Source: a virus (taxonomy: Duplodnaviria > Caudoviricetes). From it: a stretch of DNA of 59,499 nt. Every line of letters begins with the position of its first letter. The first letter of the stretch is position 1. Of the stretch, positions 30,161 through 39,437 are shown piece by piece. Both the position numbers and the translations under genes were made by a program. Location: positions 1-59,499 of the IMG/VR virus record IMGVR_UViG_3300000123_000002. One strand, given 5' to 3'. The notes under the pieces were generated by a model. The model made no database searches. It worked only from the letters and a program-made list of their open reading frames with translations, and was not told where the DNA came from.

Positions 30161-31798
30161 TTAAAAGACATTACTATTCGACTCCTCATCGAACTCACTA
30201 TCATCATCCATCATTGATTGCCATACAAGACCGCTGTTATCTACATAAGTTTCTATAAGATCCTCAGTAAAGGCTGGAGCAAACGTTTCCATTTCTGACA
30301 TCTGATTAAGTAAATCAAGTGCATCATCATGCTTAAGTGAAGCCACACCACCCGCCAAAGTAAATCTACTAAGTTCATGAAGAAGTTCATCAACAAGTAC
30401 TTTGAATCTTGGGTACTGTTCAAGCAGTTCAGGTTTAGGCAGCCATACTTTACCTTGTTTGAACTTAGGCTGAACCCCGGTAGTAAACCTGTGAACTTTA
30501 TCTGTTAATGGTCTAATGCCCGGCTCTCTACTGCCATGTTTTTTGGCAAAAGCAAACCACAGATTACGAGTCATCATTCTCTCTTCAATAATAGAGAAGT
30601 AACCGCCCTGTTGTCCTGAACTTTCTATACCAACACTTATAGGGTTCCATTTTTTGGCGTAGGTGAATAAATCATTAATGTTATCGTCCATGGTTTGACG
30701 AACACATTGCCCATCTACAAGGAACCAACTGTTGTCGGCCGATACACCAATTACACCAATAGTTGAGAAATCAGCCGACTTCTTAGTACTGGTAGCAAAA
30801 TCTGTAACGATATAATAGTTGTATTGACTCTTCTGCCTCATCATTAATGACGGGTCATACCACCTAACATCAGTAGATTCATCCACAAGAAGCGTAGCCA
30901 AATCAGTAACTTGCAGTAAGTATTCTTGGTAGAACAGTTGAGTAGTACCAGCTTCTTTGAACATCTTGTACATCTTAGAAGCGTACTTATAACTAAATCT
31001 GTCAGGCCAAATACTCTTGAACTCTTCTTCAGGTACAGGGAATTTTTCACATAGCGGAAATCTAACTACACTAAAGCTTCCACTATTTTTAAGTTTGTGA
31101 AGTAAATCATCCTCACTAATTGGCGTGCCAATATAAATAATTTTATGTTTAGGTGCCAAGGCTGGCATGGCAGATGCGAACCAGTTAGTTTCAATTGTCT
31201 TACGAATAGTTTCTGAAGTAGCCGAGTCATTGTGTAAAATATCATCTGCTAGTAAAACGTCAGGACGATGACCTGATGGTGATCTCGCTCCACGCCAGTT
31301 TACGTTCATACCTTTACCGGCTACAAACAAATCTTTACCATCAGCATTCTTTAACTCCATTTCCTTATCAGTTACTCGAACCACTGTAAGTAGTTGACTA
31401 AGGAATTTTGAGTTGGAGATTTTACTGGCCACGTTTTTGAAGAATTGCTTAACGTTACCTTCAGCACTCGCGCCAAGGAATATAATAAAGTTACATTCAC
31501 CGAACCCTGGCCATTCACCTAAAGCAGCTGCATAAATTACGGCATACTCTGCCACCGTAGATTTACCAATACCACGACAACACTCTATAAGAGCATTCCA
31601 GTCATCTTCCTTACCACTGAATAGTAAGTCAGCCATTTTATAATGAAGTTCAGGAGAGCTGAATTCTTCAATGTCTGCAGCACGGACAAACGCGATAAAC
31701 TTTAAAGCATTCTCACTTGGTATGTATTTCTCTGGTAAATCGGCACCAGTTAAAGCCGCGTCAACACCTTGACTTACTTTACTTTGATTCATTATCAA
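30161..31798 (-). CDS. terL: Terminase large subunit
   Basis: Walker A RGIGKST, Walker B VLLADD, GTP coupling motif, nuclease VTDFA...ADFS and HDDALD. Confidence 0.92.
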   Translation of the reverse strand: MIMNQSKVSQGVDAALTGADLPEKYIPSENALKFIAFVRAADIEEFSSPELHYKMADLLFSGKEDDWNALIECCRGIGKSTVAEYAVIYAAALGEWPGFGECNFIIFLGASAEGNVKQFFKNVASKISNSKFLSQLLTVVRVTDKEMELKNADGKDLFVAGKGMNVNWRGARSPSGHRPDVLLADDILHNDSATSETIRKTIETNWFASAMPALAPKHKIIYIGTPISEDDLLHKLKNSGSFSVVRFPLCEKFPVPEEEFKSIWPDRFSYKYASKMYKMFKEAGTTQLFYQEYLLQVTDLATLLVDESTDVRWYDPSLMMRQKSQYNYYIVTDFATSTKKSADFSTIGVIGVSADNSWFLVDGQCVRQTMDDNINDLFTYAKKWNPISVGIESSGQQGGYFSIIEERMMTRNLWFAFAKKHGSREPGIRPLTDKVHRFTTGVQPKFKQGKVWLPKPELLEQYPRFKVLVDELLHELSRFTLAGGVASLKHDDALDLLNQMSEMETFAPAFTEDLIETYVDNSGLVWQSMMDDDSEFDEESNSNVF

Positions 31799-32258
31799 TC
31801 TCCACTTCTACCCATGCAGAATTAAACGGTGATAGTGTCGGAAGAATTCCAGCAAAAATTTCTTCATCTGTGTAACCGCTACTACCTACTTTAACAGCAG
31901 TTATAGCCATGGTAGGTCTTTTATCTTCCCATCTAACACCTTTAATACGCTGTCTTCCATAAATTTTCACACACCCAGTACTTCCATCCTCTCGAACAAC
32001 ATAAAAGTAGTTACGATAAGAGCCTATACTATCGGTTACACACAGAGGAATTTTTGAAACGTTCTCTATGATGGTATCCTTTAAGGCTTCAATGTACTCT
32101 TCCGTGAAGTCACCATAAATTATTGTAAAATCTGATTTGTAAATACCAAGCTTACCTTCAACCATAAGATTGGTAACCATACGGGCGAAAGAAAGAGACT
32201 TCATTTCACCAACTTTAACTCTATTAAGAAACATTCGTATACTCCGCATCAATAGCAT
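31779..32258 (-). CDS. Hypothetical protein resembling a degenerate terminase ATPase fragment
   Basis: By-eye colinearity with the adjacent TerL (see findings). Confidence 0.55.
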   Translation of the reverse strand: MLLMRSIRMFLNRVKVGEMKSLSFARMVTNLMVEGKLGIYKSDFTIIYGDFTEEYIEALKDTIIENVSKIPLCVTDSIGSYRNYFYVVREDGSTGCVKIYGRQRIKGVRWEDKRPTMAITAVKVGSSGYTDEEIFAGILPTLSPFNSAWVEVEIDNESK

Positions 32259-32952
32259 CGTCTTCTTTAGTAACTTTCATGTTACCGATAGTCTCTAAGC
32301 TAACTGCACCACTTGTAAGTAATTCAGCTTGTTTTGCAGCCATAATAGATAACTGGTGGTTAAGGTCTTTAACAGCACTATCTTCTTTAACGCCAATATC
32401 AAGTTCAATCTTAATATTCTCTGGACCGGCAGTAGCGGCTAATAATTCTTTAGAAGCATTGATAACATCTTTATCTAGCTGGCCATTCTCTATTACATCT
32501 ACAAGGGCCGCTAAAGCTTTATAACGTGCACCAGCAAAAATCATATCCAATGGCACTTGGCTAACGGTAAGTATGTCTACTACTAGTTTGGTTCTTCGAT
32601 ATCGGGAGGCTGCACTTGTGAGTTCGGCATATTTCTTACTGGCGGTTGGTAGGTCCATTCTGTCTTGGACAAAAGGTCGATGAACAAAAACTTTTTTATA
32701 AGCTTCAGTATAATTCGATTCATTCGTCATCATATACGCGCAGAACCTAACTGCATTAAGGTATTCGGGTACTGACGATCGTGAACCTTTTAAAACACTC
32801 TCATATATGGATGCTGACTGAAGTAAGGACTCACCCTGAAATTCTGGGTCGGTAAGCGATTCATTTATTATGTCTACTGCTTCTTGAGTAATAAAATTAC
32901 TCTTAAGCGGCATAACCTTTTTAATTTCTTCTATTGTGACCATTGTACTCAT
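32224..32952 (-). CDS. Putative terminase small subunit (N4 gp69-like)
   Basis: 242 aa; YLNAVRF...AYKKVF...KLVVDIL...KIELDIGVKE pattern; upstream of TerL. Confidence 0.7.
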   Translation of the reverse strand: MSTMVTIEEIKKVMPLKSNFITQEAVDIINESLTDPEFQGESLLQSASIYESVLKGSRSSVPEYLNAVRFCAYMMTNESNYTEAYKKVFVHRPFVQDRMDLPTASKKYAELTSAASRYRRTKLVVDILTVSQVPLDMIFAGARYKALAALVDVIENGQLDKDVINASKELLAATAGPENIKIELDIGVKEDSAVKDLNHQLSIMAAKQAELLTSGAVSLETIGNMKVTKEDDAIDAEYTNVS

Positions 32953-33053
32953 GGATATTCTCCGTTGACTGTAGGGTAGTGTACTTATTTCCAGAGTTTA
33001 CCAAAAATAACTACCTGTCACAACTAACTGTCAACGGATGCATATCTACGGTA

Positions 33054-33521
33054 TCAAAGCAGCTTAGCGCTCGCGGCAAAGAACACCCCTGCACTTTTCT
33101 CTTCTGTCACTTTTCTTGGTTTCCTATTGGCCCTTGTTCCTGATTTCTTCCTTGTCTTTTTCTCTTTCTTTACTACCACAACATTTTCATCATAAACTTT
33201 AACTACATCTTCAAATGGCACATCAAAGAACTCAGTACTGCCACTAAAGCTTTTCTCAGGTGTATAATTAAACTCTGAGTAGTATTCATGAAAATCTTTC
33301 TCTACTTGATAGGGGTCTTCTGTGGTTTTAAATCTTAGGGGCTTACAGCGGGGAAACACGCGATACTTCATAAATATGCTTGTAAGAATTTCGGCTACAC
33401 GGTCTTGAATGCGCCTATGAGTAACACCAATCTTTACAAGTTGCTTATCTTCTAGTTCTACCAGGATAGCATAAACTATCCCAGGACCAGACCGGTTACC
33501 ATCACCTCGTTTACGCCTCAT
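33054..33521 (-). CDS. T5orf172/GIY-YIG-family protein
   Basis: GIVYAI...VKIGVT...R...VEKDFH...GSTEFF. Confidence 0.75.
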   Translation of the reverse strand: MRRKRGDGNRSGPGIVYAILVELEDKQLVKIGVTHRRIQDRVAEILTSIFMKYRVFPRCKPLRFKTTEDPYQVEKDFHEYYSEFNYTPEKSFSGSTEFFDVPFEDVVKVYDENVVVVKKEKKTRKKSGTRANRKPRKVTEEKSAGVFFAASAKLL

Positions 33522-33847
33522 GAAAGTTTAACTCCTTATAACAACCATCATCTTCAATAGCATACTGATATTCCTCTTCTTGGTAATCTTCTAAGGTTTC
33601 TGACTCTTGGGCTGTAGGTGTTGTTTCATTTTTAAGCATAGTAGTGGTGTAAGTAAGTTGGTAATGTGCTCACGGTACACCACAATTGACTTGGCATCAA
33701 CTTTTGCTAAGTTTACCTTCATACAGTTCTTTGTAATTTAGGTAATTAGCCATGTGGACTTTAGCTTTTGCATCATCCTTTTCATCTGTAGACTTTTCCC
33801 ATTGGGTATAAGTAGTATTCATTTTGTTCTTGTAATATTCAATCATT

Positions 33848-34303
33848 TTATTGTTCACTTATCATTAATTCAGGGTTCATGTACATATTACCAATAATTT
33901 TTCTATCAATAAACACTAAAGGGTCTTCAATAGTAAAAGCTGTTGTGGCTTCAATAGGTGTAAGTCCTATATTTTTTATGGTAAAAGCATAGCCATTAAA
34001 ACATACAAGCCAGTTAAGCAGTACCTTATCAACTTGATTCTGTAATATATCGCCAACATAAATATCTTTATTATCACTATCAACAATACCTACATACTGC
34101 ATAACAACACAATCTTCATGCTCTAAACCAAACTCATCCCAAGAAGCATAACTGCCACAAGTAAAATCAAATTCTTCCCTATCTTGTAAGTCGCCAAGTG
34201 TAAAAGGTTCAGTCATGACCGGTGAATCATAATCACCAAACACAGGCTTATAAGCTCTAAATTTTGGATTATTCATTATCTGTTTTCCTTGGGTTAGGGG
34301 CAT
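33848..34303 (-). CDS. YopX-family protein (start probably MNNPKFRAY)
   Basis: KFRAY, MQYVGIVDSDNKDIYVGDIL and IIGNMYMNPEL motifs. Confidence 0.85.
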   Translation of the reverse strand: MPLTQGKQIMNNPKFRAYKPVFGDYDSPVMTEPFTLGDLQDREEFDFTCGSYASWDEFGLEHEDCVVMQYVGIVDSDNKDIYVGDILQNQVDKVLLNWLVCFNGYAFTIKNIGLTPIEATTAFTIEDPLVFIDRKIIGNMYMNPELMISEQ

Positions 34304-34505
34304 TAAGCAGGTTATCTATAAGGCCATCATATACAACCTTACTAATAACAACTACCTGACTATTTTTAGATACAATGCACGTAGACCCTTTACCGTCTGC
34401 AACATCGTCCAATACACTACGTAAATTCTTTCTTGCTTTTGAATAATTAATAATATTAACGGGATTCTCCTTACCTCTAAGTACTATGTTATATTTATAC
34501 GCCAT
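34269..34505 (-). CDS. Phd/YefM-like antitoxin-domain protein, orphan
   Basis: INYSKARKNLRSVLDDV...VVVISKVVYD matches the Phd/YefM N-terminal pattern; start uncertain. Confidence 0.7.
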   Translation of the reverse strand: MAYKYNIVLRGKENPVNIINYSKARKNLRSVLDDVADGKGSTCIVSKNSQVVVISKVVYDGLIDNLLNAPNPRKTDNE

Positions 34506-34808
34506 TGTAGTACAACTTATTGTACAAGTATATATAACACTAATATCTATTTTAGGGTCCAGTAGATATGAATCCCTCACGTAGGGAAATATTTAAAATT
34601 TTTTAGAGGATATTATTGAATAAGCTAACTGTTAACCGCTGCATAACTACGGTTACTTAATAGTGGATAGCTTTTATATCATAAATGGAAGCAATAGTAT
34701 AGGGGAGGTTGTTGCGAGGGATTCTCATTTAGGCTCACGATGGGGATAATTATATTTATTATGGAAGTAGTTCTCCCTCTGCTGACTTAACAGTTGGTGA
34801 GTACCCCC

Positions 34809-34823
34809 CCTTACTTCGTAAGG
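34809..34823 (+). promoter_or_regulatory. Candidate N4-type virion-RNAP hairpin promoter
   Basis: CCTTAC-TTC-GTAAGG, i.e. a template-strand 6-bp stem with C(GAA)G triloop, at the strand switch upstream of the first plus-strand ORF. Confidence 0.6.
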
Positions 34824-34880
34824 ACTCTCACTTAATTTCAGCTGTGTCAATGTTGACTTATTAACTATATCGAGAAATCC

Positions 34881-35156
34881 ATGACTGTATTTAAAGCTAC
34901 CAAACGTGTTCCGTTCTGTACTACTGCCCAACTAAACAAGTTTGTTGATGCAAGGGTTGCTGCGTGGGAACGCAACGAACGATCTCATGAGGAAGTACAT
35001 GAGAAGTGTGAACTCCTGATGAAGGACGCAGCAGAAGGCACACTACTTATAGACGGTAAGGCTGTCTATGCGAAAACTCTTGGCGCTAAGCTTAAGGAGT
35101 TAGGTTGCTTCATGACTTCAGCACCATCAAAAGCTGAAGATACGCTTTATGATTAA
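34881..35156 (+). CDS. First early gene, hypothetical, 91 aa
   Basis: Between the hairpin and a terminator. Confidence 0.7.
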   Translation: MTVFKATKRVPFCTTAQLNKFVDARVAAWERNERSHEEVHEKCELLMKDAAEGTLLIDGKAVYAKTLGAKLKELGCFMTSAPSKAEDTLYD

Positions 35157-35163
35157 AACATTC

Positions 35164-35203
35164 GAGGGAGCAGCTAAAGCTGTTCTCTCAAAGGTTTTTT
35201 CTT
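35164..35203 (+). terminator. Intrinsic terminator
   Basis: GAGGGAGCAGC-TAAA-GCTGTTCTCTC then T tract. Confidence 0.65.
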
Positions 35204-35419
35204 TATCCACCTTGTCGGGATAGAACATCTCCCTCAACAACCATGTCCACCTCAACCCAATCCACCAATCCACCTAAGACATTAATTTCATCTGTGTTAC
35301 ACAAGACCTAGAGACTAGACCCAGACACTAATTACATTTGGGATAAAAGGTTAGTTAGGCAACCTTAAACTAATTCAAACAAACAAAGCTTATTTAAGCT
35401 AAACAACTGGAGTTTCACC

Positions 35420-35659
35420 ATGGACATTACAATCGTATTATTAACATTAATCGTTTTAGCAGTAGCATACAAACTAGGCGTATTCCGTTCAATCGTAGCT
35501 CTAACAAACGTAGCAACTCGTGAAGCAGACATTTACGATCGTGAACACAAGGTTAAAGTTGGTAAGCGCTACTTGAACAAGGAAAACACAATAACTGCTG
35601 CAGAGCTGACTAAAATTAACGACTCAATTAAGTCAATTGATGCGTTAGACTTCGATTAA
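35420..35659 (+). CDS. Early membrane-anchored protein, 79 aa
   Basis: GGAG SD; N-terminal hydrophobic helix. Confidence 0.7.
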   Translation: MDITIVLLTLIVLAVAYKLGVFRSIVALTNVATREADIYDREHKVKVGKRYLNKENTITAAELTKINDSIKSIDALDFD

Positions 35660-35790
35660 AAATTATGTGGGGGTGGTACTAAAATGGCAGTAGATTGCTA
35701 CTTTTAAGTACTTTTTGTAAAAAACCTAGTGTCACCCTCAAATTAGGCATATTCGTATTTACATACACCAACGTACACTTAAGGATAGTT

Positions 35791-35988
35791 ATGCAACAAG
35801 TTTACTTAGAAGACCTAACAAGCTGTGGAATTAGCTTAATAGTAGAAGCTCGTCCAGACAGTCTAGGTACTAAATTAGTAACAACTGATGGCTATGCTGC
35901 AAGATTAAGTGTTAAGCAAACTAACGAGCTTATAGAACAGCTTAAAGGTATCGTAAATGATGCCACTAACTTAACTAAGCAAGGATAA
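35791..35988 (+). CDS. Early hypothetical protein (start revised to ATG 35791)
   Basis: AAGGA SD. Confidence 0.6.
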   Translation: MQQVYLEDLTSCGISLIVEARPDSLGTKLVTTDGYAARLSVKQTNELIEQLKGIVNDATNLTKQG

Positions 35989-36191
35989 TTATGAATACTC
36001 GTCCAATGACAGACTTAGAGTACTTAGAGTTAATGTCTTTCGAACTATAAAAGATAGTTGTTATTAACTAACCTGTGCAAGAGGTTAATATAATAGCCTA
36101 ACTAGCTTATGTGAGTACTTAGCAGGATGCTATCGATGCTCACAACCCCATTATATAAACTTATAATTAAAACCCATTAGAGAGGCTTACA

Positions 36192-36386
36192 GTGGCTCAT
36201 AAAACACTAGCAAAACGTATAGAGCATTTAGATTCATTAAAACATTTACTAATGATGATGGATAAAGATGCTGCTAATGAAAATGATACTTGGTCTGATC
36301 CTCAATGGGATGCTTACCATACTGAATATAAACAACTAGAAGATAGTATTTGTATTTATGAACATACACCATTAATGGAGTGCTAA
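36192..36386 (+). CDS. Early hypothetical protein
   Basis: GAGG SD, GTG start. Confidence 0.6.
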   Translation: MAHKTLAKRIEHLDSLKHLLMMMDKDAANENDTWSDPQWDAYHTEYKQLEDSICIYEHTPLMEC

Positions 36387-36391
36387 TAATA

Positions 36392-36700
36392 ATGTCTCAA
36401 GATACACAAGCAGTAGAAGAACATAAAGAAATTAAGACTATGCTACAAGAGTCTACTAAGTATTACTTCTCAGCCGATGATACTCCAACTCATGAAGATG
36501 ACTGGACTGAACAACAAGGTGAGTCAGGTGACTACTGGACTTATGAATTCGAAGCAGATGAATTAGGATTACTAGAACATTACCTAACCGATGCTGAACA
36601 AGAAGAAGTTGATAGAGTTTGCCATGTACTTGTATTAAGTACTGGTAACAATAATAACTTTCACCATGCGCTATTCAGTGTATTAAAAGAATTCCGTTAA
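36392..36700 (+). CDS. Early acidic hypothetical protein
   Basis: GGAG SD; Asp/Glu-rich. Confidence 0.6.
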   Translation: MSQDTQAVEEHKEIKTMLQESTKYYFSADDTPTHEDDWTEQQGESGDYWTYEFEADELGLLEHYLTDAEQEEVDRVCHVLVLSTGNNNNFHHALFSVLKEFR

Positions 36701-36716
36701 ACTAAGAGTAAACACC

Positions 36717-36944
36717 ATGAAAAATAATAAAGAACAAGCAAAGCAGTTAAAAGCGTTATTGGCATTATTGGTTAAAGAAGAATCTAAGCCTGCTGAAAAG
36801 GTACAGCCTACAACTACTCAGTTACAGGAACAACTTAGCTTAACAATGGCTGAGTTAAACAGAGAGTTATCTCGTAGTGAACCTAGCACTAAAAGACTTA
36901 AATACTTCTTCAACAAAATTAACATATTAGAGGCACATTTATAA
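36717..36944 (+). CDS. Early coiled-coil hypothetical protein
   Basis: Packed operon. Confidence 0.6.
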   Translation: MKNNKEQAKQLKALLALLVKEESKPAEKVQPTTTQLQEQLSLTMAELNRELSRSEPSTKRLKYFFNKINILEAHL

Positions 36945-37249
36945 TGGATTTATTAATACAAGGTGACAGAGTTGCTTTCGCTATAGTGTGTCTATGTATA
37001 GCAATTGGTTTAATGGTTTCAACAGAAATTATCCTTATGCTAAGAAACCTAAAGAGTATTGACTTCCATTTGTACAAAAGTTGGGACGATTCATACTATG
37101 TAACAAGTAAGTACGATGAAATAGTCGGTCTAACCAAAAAGGTTAATAACTTTAAAGGCTTACTAAGCGTTATAAAACATGTCGGGTTCAAAGCTGCTTG
37201 GCATATGCTAAGGCTTGAAGACTCAGAAAATCTTATAGTGATATCATAA
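36944..37249 (+). CDS. Early membrane protein
   Basis: TAATG overlap; one hydrophobic helix. Confidence 0.6.
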   Translation: MDLLIQGDRVAFAIVCLCIAIGLMVSTEIILMLRNLKSIDFHLYKSWDDSYYVTSKYDEIVGLTKKVNNFKGLLSVIKHVGFKAAWHMLRLEDSENLIVIS

Positions 37250-37326
37250 TAAGTATTGCAGTTTAGCTTAACGGCTAGGCTGCTTACAAGCGTCTTAGGA
37301 CAGAATCCAAAAGGTAGGACAGAACT

Positions 37327-37572
37327 ATGCCAAAAGAATTATGTATTGAAGCTGACTTCGTTACTGAAGTTGTTGTAAACAGAATAAAAACTTTAGTGGT
37401 ATTTAATGTTAAAAAGCACAACGCTGATAAGCTAGAAAAGGGTGAAATAATTCACACAATTCGAATAGAAGATGAAACAGGTTGCTGGGTAAACCATAAA
37501 GCTTGTACATTTATGGAAATTAAGCAGAGTGATATTGCACCTAAGCATTTAAAAATTGAGCTTGTAGAATAA
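37327..37572 (+). CDS. Early hypothetical protein
   Basis: AGGA SD. Confidence 0.6.
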   Translation: MPKELCIEADFVTEVVVNRIKTLVVFNVKKHNADKLEKGEIIHTIRIEDETGCWVNHKACTFMEIKQSDIAPKHLKIELVE

Positions 37573-37592
37573 AATACTTTGAGGATAGAACA

Positions 37593-38123
37593 GTGAATAA
37601 TAATCTAAAAGAGCTATTAGAAGTTGGTATAAACAAAGATACATTCTCTTATGTAAATCATGGAGGTTGCGGAATATTTGCAGCAGCTATGCACAACTCT
37701 TTAGCGGCTTACGGTATTTTATCTACAATAGTTTTAGTAGACCGCACGTACAGTGAAGGCCATGTTAACAACTTAATTAATATGATGAAAGCTAGTGATA
37801 TAAACCATGCTTACACTACTATATTAAATAATGAATTTGATAGAAGTATAGACACTTGCTGTGGCCATATATGTATCAAGATTGGCGATGTACTTTATGA
37901 TGGCGAAGGTGTGTACGAAGGTAAGTCTATAAGTGGTCCTATCCATGTAAATGTTATGTCAAGACTAAACAGAAATGTTAATTACTGGAATGGTACTTTT
38001 GAAGAGTGTAACAACCACTACAATGGTGGTGTAGATGATGATGGCGCAGTGTCATTAGCAACTATCATTAGAGAAGTTAATAAGCATGTAAACAGTACAA
38101 TAACCAATGTTATGGAAGGATAG
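37593..38123 (+). CDS. Early protein with Cys/His/Asp motifs (papain-like/transglutaminase-like triad possible)
   Basis: NHGGCGIFA...HICIKIGDVLYDGEG. Confidence 0.45.
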   Translation: MNNNLKELLEVGINKDTFSYVNHGGCGIFAAAMHNSLAAYGILSTIVLVDRTYSEGHVNNLINMMKASDINHAYTTILNNEFDRSIDTCCGHICIKIGDVLYDGEGVYEGKSISGPIHVNVMSRLNRNVNYWNGTFEECNNHYNGGVDDDGAVSLATIIREVNKHVNSTITNVMEG

Positions 38124-38297
38124 TACAGTGAGTAATATTTTAGATAAATTTATGGATGGGTTAGACACATCTGAAGATAGATCACCAAAAGTTAAGCGTG
38201 CTGAAGACCATAAGAAAAAGGTTAAGAAGCATAACAAGCAGCGTCGTCAAAGAGCTAGAGACAATCATCAAGATAGTTATTAATTACAGGATTTAAA

Positions 38298-38537
38298 ATG
38301 AGTATTTCATATACTGAAACAAAAGTTGTTAAAGGCGCAGTAACCACTGAAGTAGTAGCCATTGTAATGGGTGCTAAGTGGAAGCAGGTTATTAAAGATA
38401 AGATATGCAAAACAGTTAAGTTAGAAGAACCGTTTGTGTATGCAGCTGAGTGGGCTGAGACTACTAAAATTAAGGCAACTGTAACCAGTTTAGCCGGTCC
38501 ATACTCTCTGATAACAACATTCTTAGAGAGTGAATAA
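38298..38537 (+). CDS. Early hypothetical protein
   Basis: AGGA SD. Confidence 0.6.
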   Translation: MSISYTETKVVKGAVTTEVVAIVMGAKWKQVIKDKICKTVKLEEPFVYAAEWAETTKIKATVTSLAGPYSLITTFLESE

Positions 38538-38598
38538 GTAAATTGCTAATGTCTAGTGCAAGTAGGCATTGTCGATTTAACTTAAAAAGGGTAGAACA

Positions 38599-38949
38599 AT
38601 GAGCATGTTTATAAACAAACCTAAAGTAATTCTTAGTGTAATAAACAAGTTAAAGCAGTTTAAAGCTGAAGGTTTTCCTGGGGAACATGGATTATGCTCC
38701 TGTTGTGAATTAGGCAGATTAGGAAATACTATACGTTATGAAATGTTTCAATCCTGGGAACATTACAGTGGTAGTAATACTTATCCAGTGCCAGCAGAAT
38801 ACGGCTTTGAAGCCAGTACAGCATTCCTAACATCTAATGGTAATGAAGCTATGTATGGTGATAACTACTATGGGAATATGCGTAAGAACTTGGTCGACCA
38901 CTGTATTAAATACTTAACTGAATTAACCAAGATTAATGATAATGGATAA
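38599..38949 (+). CDS. Early hypothetical protein (GLC...YPV type)
   Basis: Similar by eye to 43988-44335. Confidence 0.6.
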   Translation: MSMFINKPKVILSVINKLKQFKAEGFPGEHGLCSCCELGRLGNTIRYEMFQSWEHYSGSNTYPVPAEYGFEASTAFLTSNGNEAMYGDNYYGNMRKNLVDHCIKYLTELTKINDNG

Positions 38950-39190
38950 CAGTAAGTTTGTTTTACCTACTACAAAAGGTGAAGCATTAACCCGTGGATG
39001 TATGTTGTATTACACAGGTAAACCCTGCAGAAGTGGTCACACATCAGTACGTTATAGAAATGGTGGTAAATGTAAAGCTTGTACTAAGGAGAGGAAGGTA
39101 AGAAAATTTCCTGACTATGAAATTAGTGATACTCGTCAACGTATTGAAAAACTTAAAGAAACTCCTGACTTTGAAGAAAGTTGGGACTAA
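38936..39190 (+). CDS. Small Zn-finger protein resembling an HNH-endonuclease N-terminal module
   Basis: YYTGKPCRSGHTSVRY...CKAC; no nuclease domain follows. Confidence 0.55.
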   Translation: MIMDNSKFVLPTTKGEALTRGCMLYYTGKPCRSGHTSVRYRNGGKCKACTKERKVRKFPDYEISDTRQRIEKLKETPDFEESWD

Positions 39191-39199
39191 GGATAAATA

Positions 39200-39436
39200 A
39201 TGGCTAAGAAAACTGATTTTGAAAAGTTTATGACCCAGGCTCTTAGAAAGAAACCTGTACAGCGTAGTATCGCAGGTGCTTGGGAAGATTATAACTTTGG
39301 TGGTGCCACAATGGTTGATATAGAGCGTGACTTCAGTGATGGTCGTCTGCGTGTAAAACCTAATGCTGCATTGGTACTTGAACATAGAATTTATGAGCTT
39401 AAACGTAAGCTTAGACTTGAGAATGAGGTTGATTAG
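39200..39436 (+). CDS. Early hypothetical protein
   Basis: AAGGA SD. Confidence 0.6.
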   Translation: MAKKTDFEKFMTQALRKKPVQRSIAGAWEDYNFGGATMVDIERDFSDGRLRVKPNAALVLEHRIYELKRKLRLENEVD

Positions 39437-39437
39437 T

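Noticed and set aside
18892-33056. Genome-wide TGA or TAG recoding
   Set aside because: Long genes are intact under the standard code; the in-frame TGA cases are isolated
34725-34931. 68-aa minus-strand ORF across the strand switch
   Set aside because: Overlaps the hairpin promoter and the first early gene; no SD or motif
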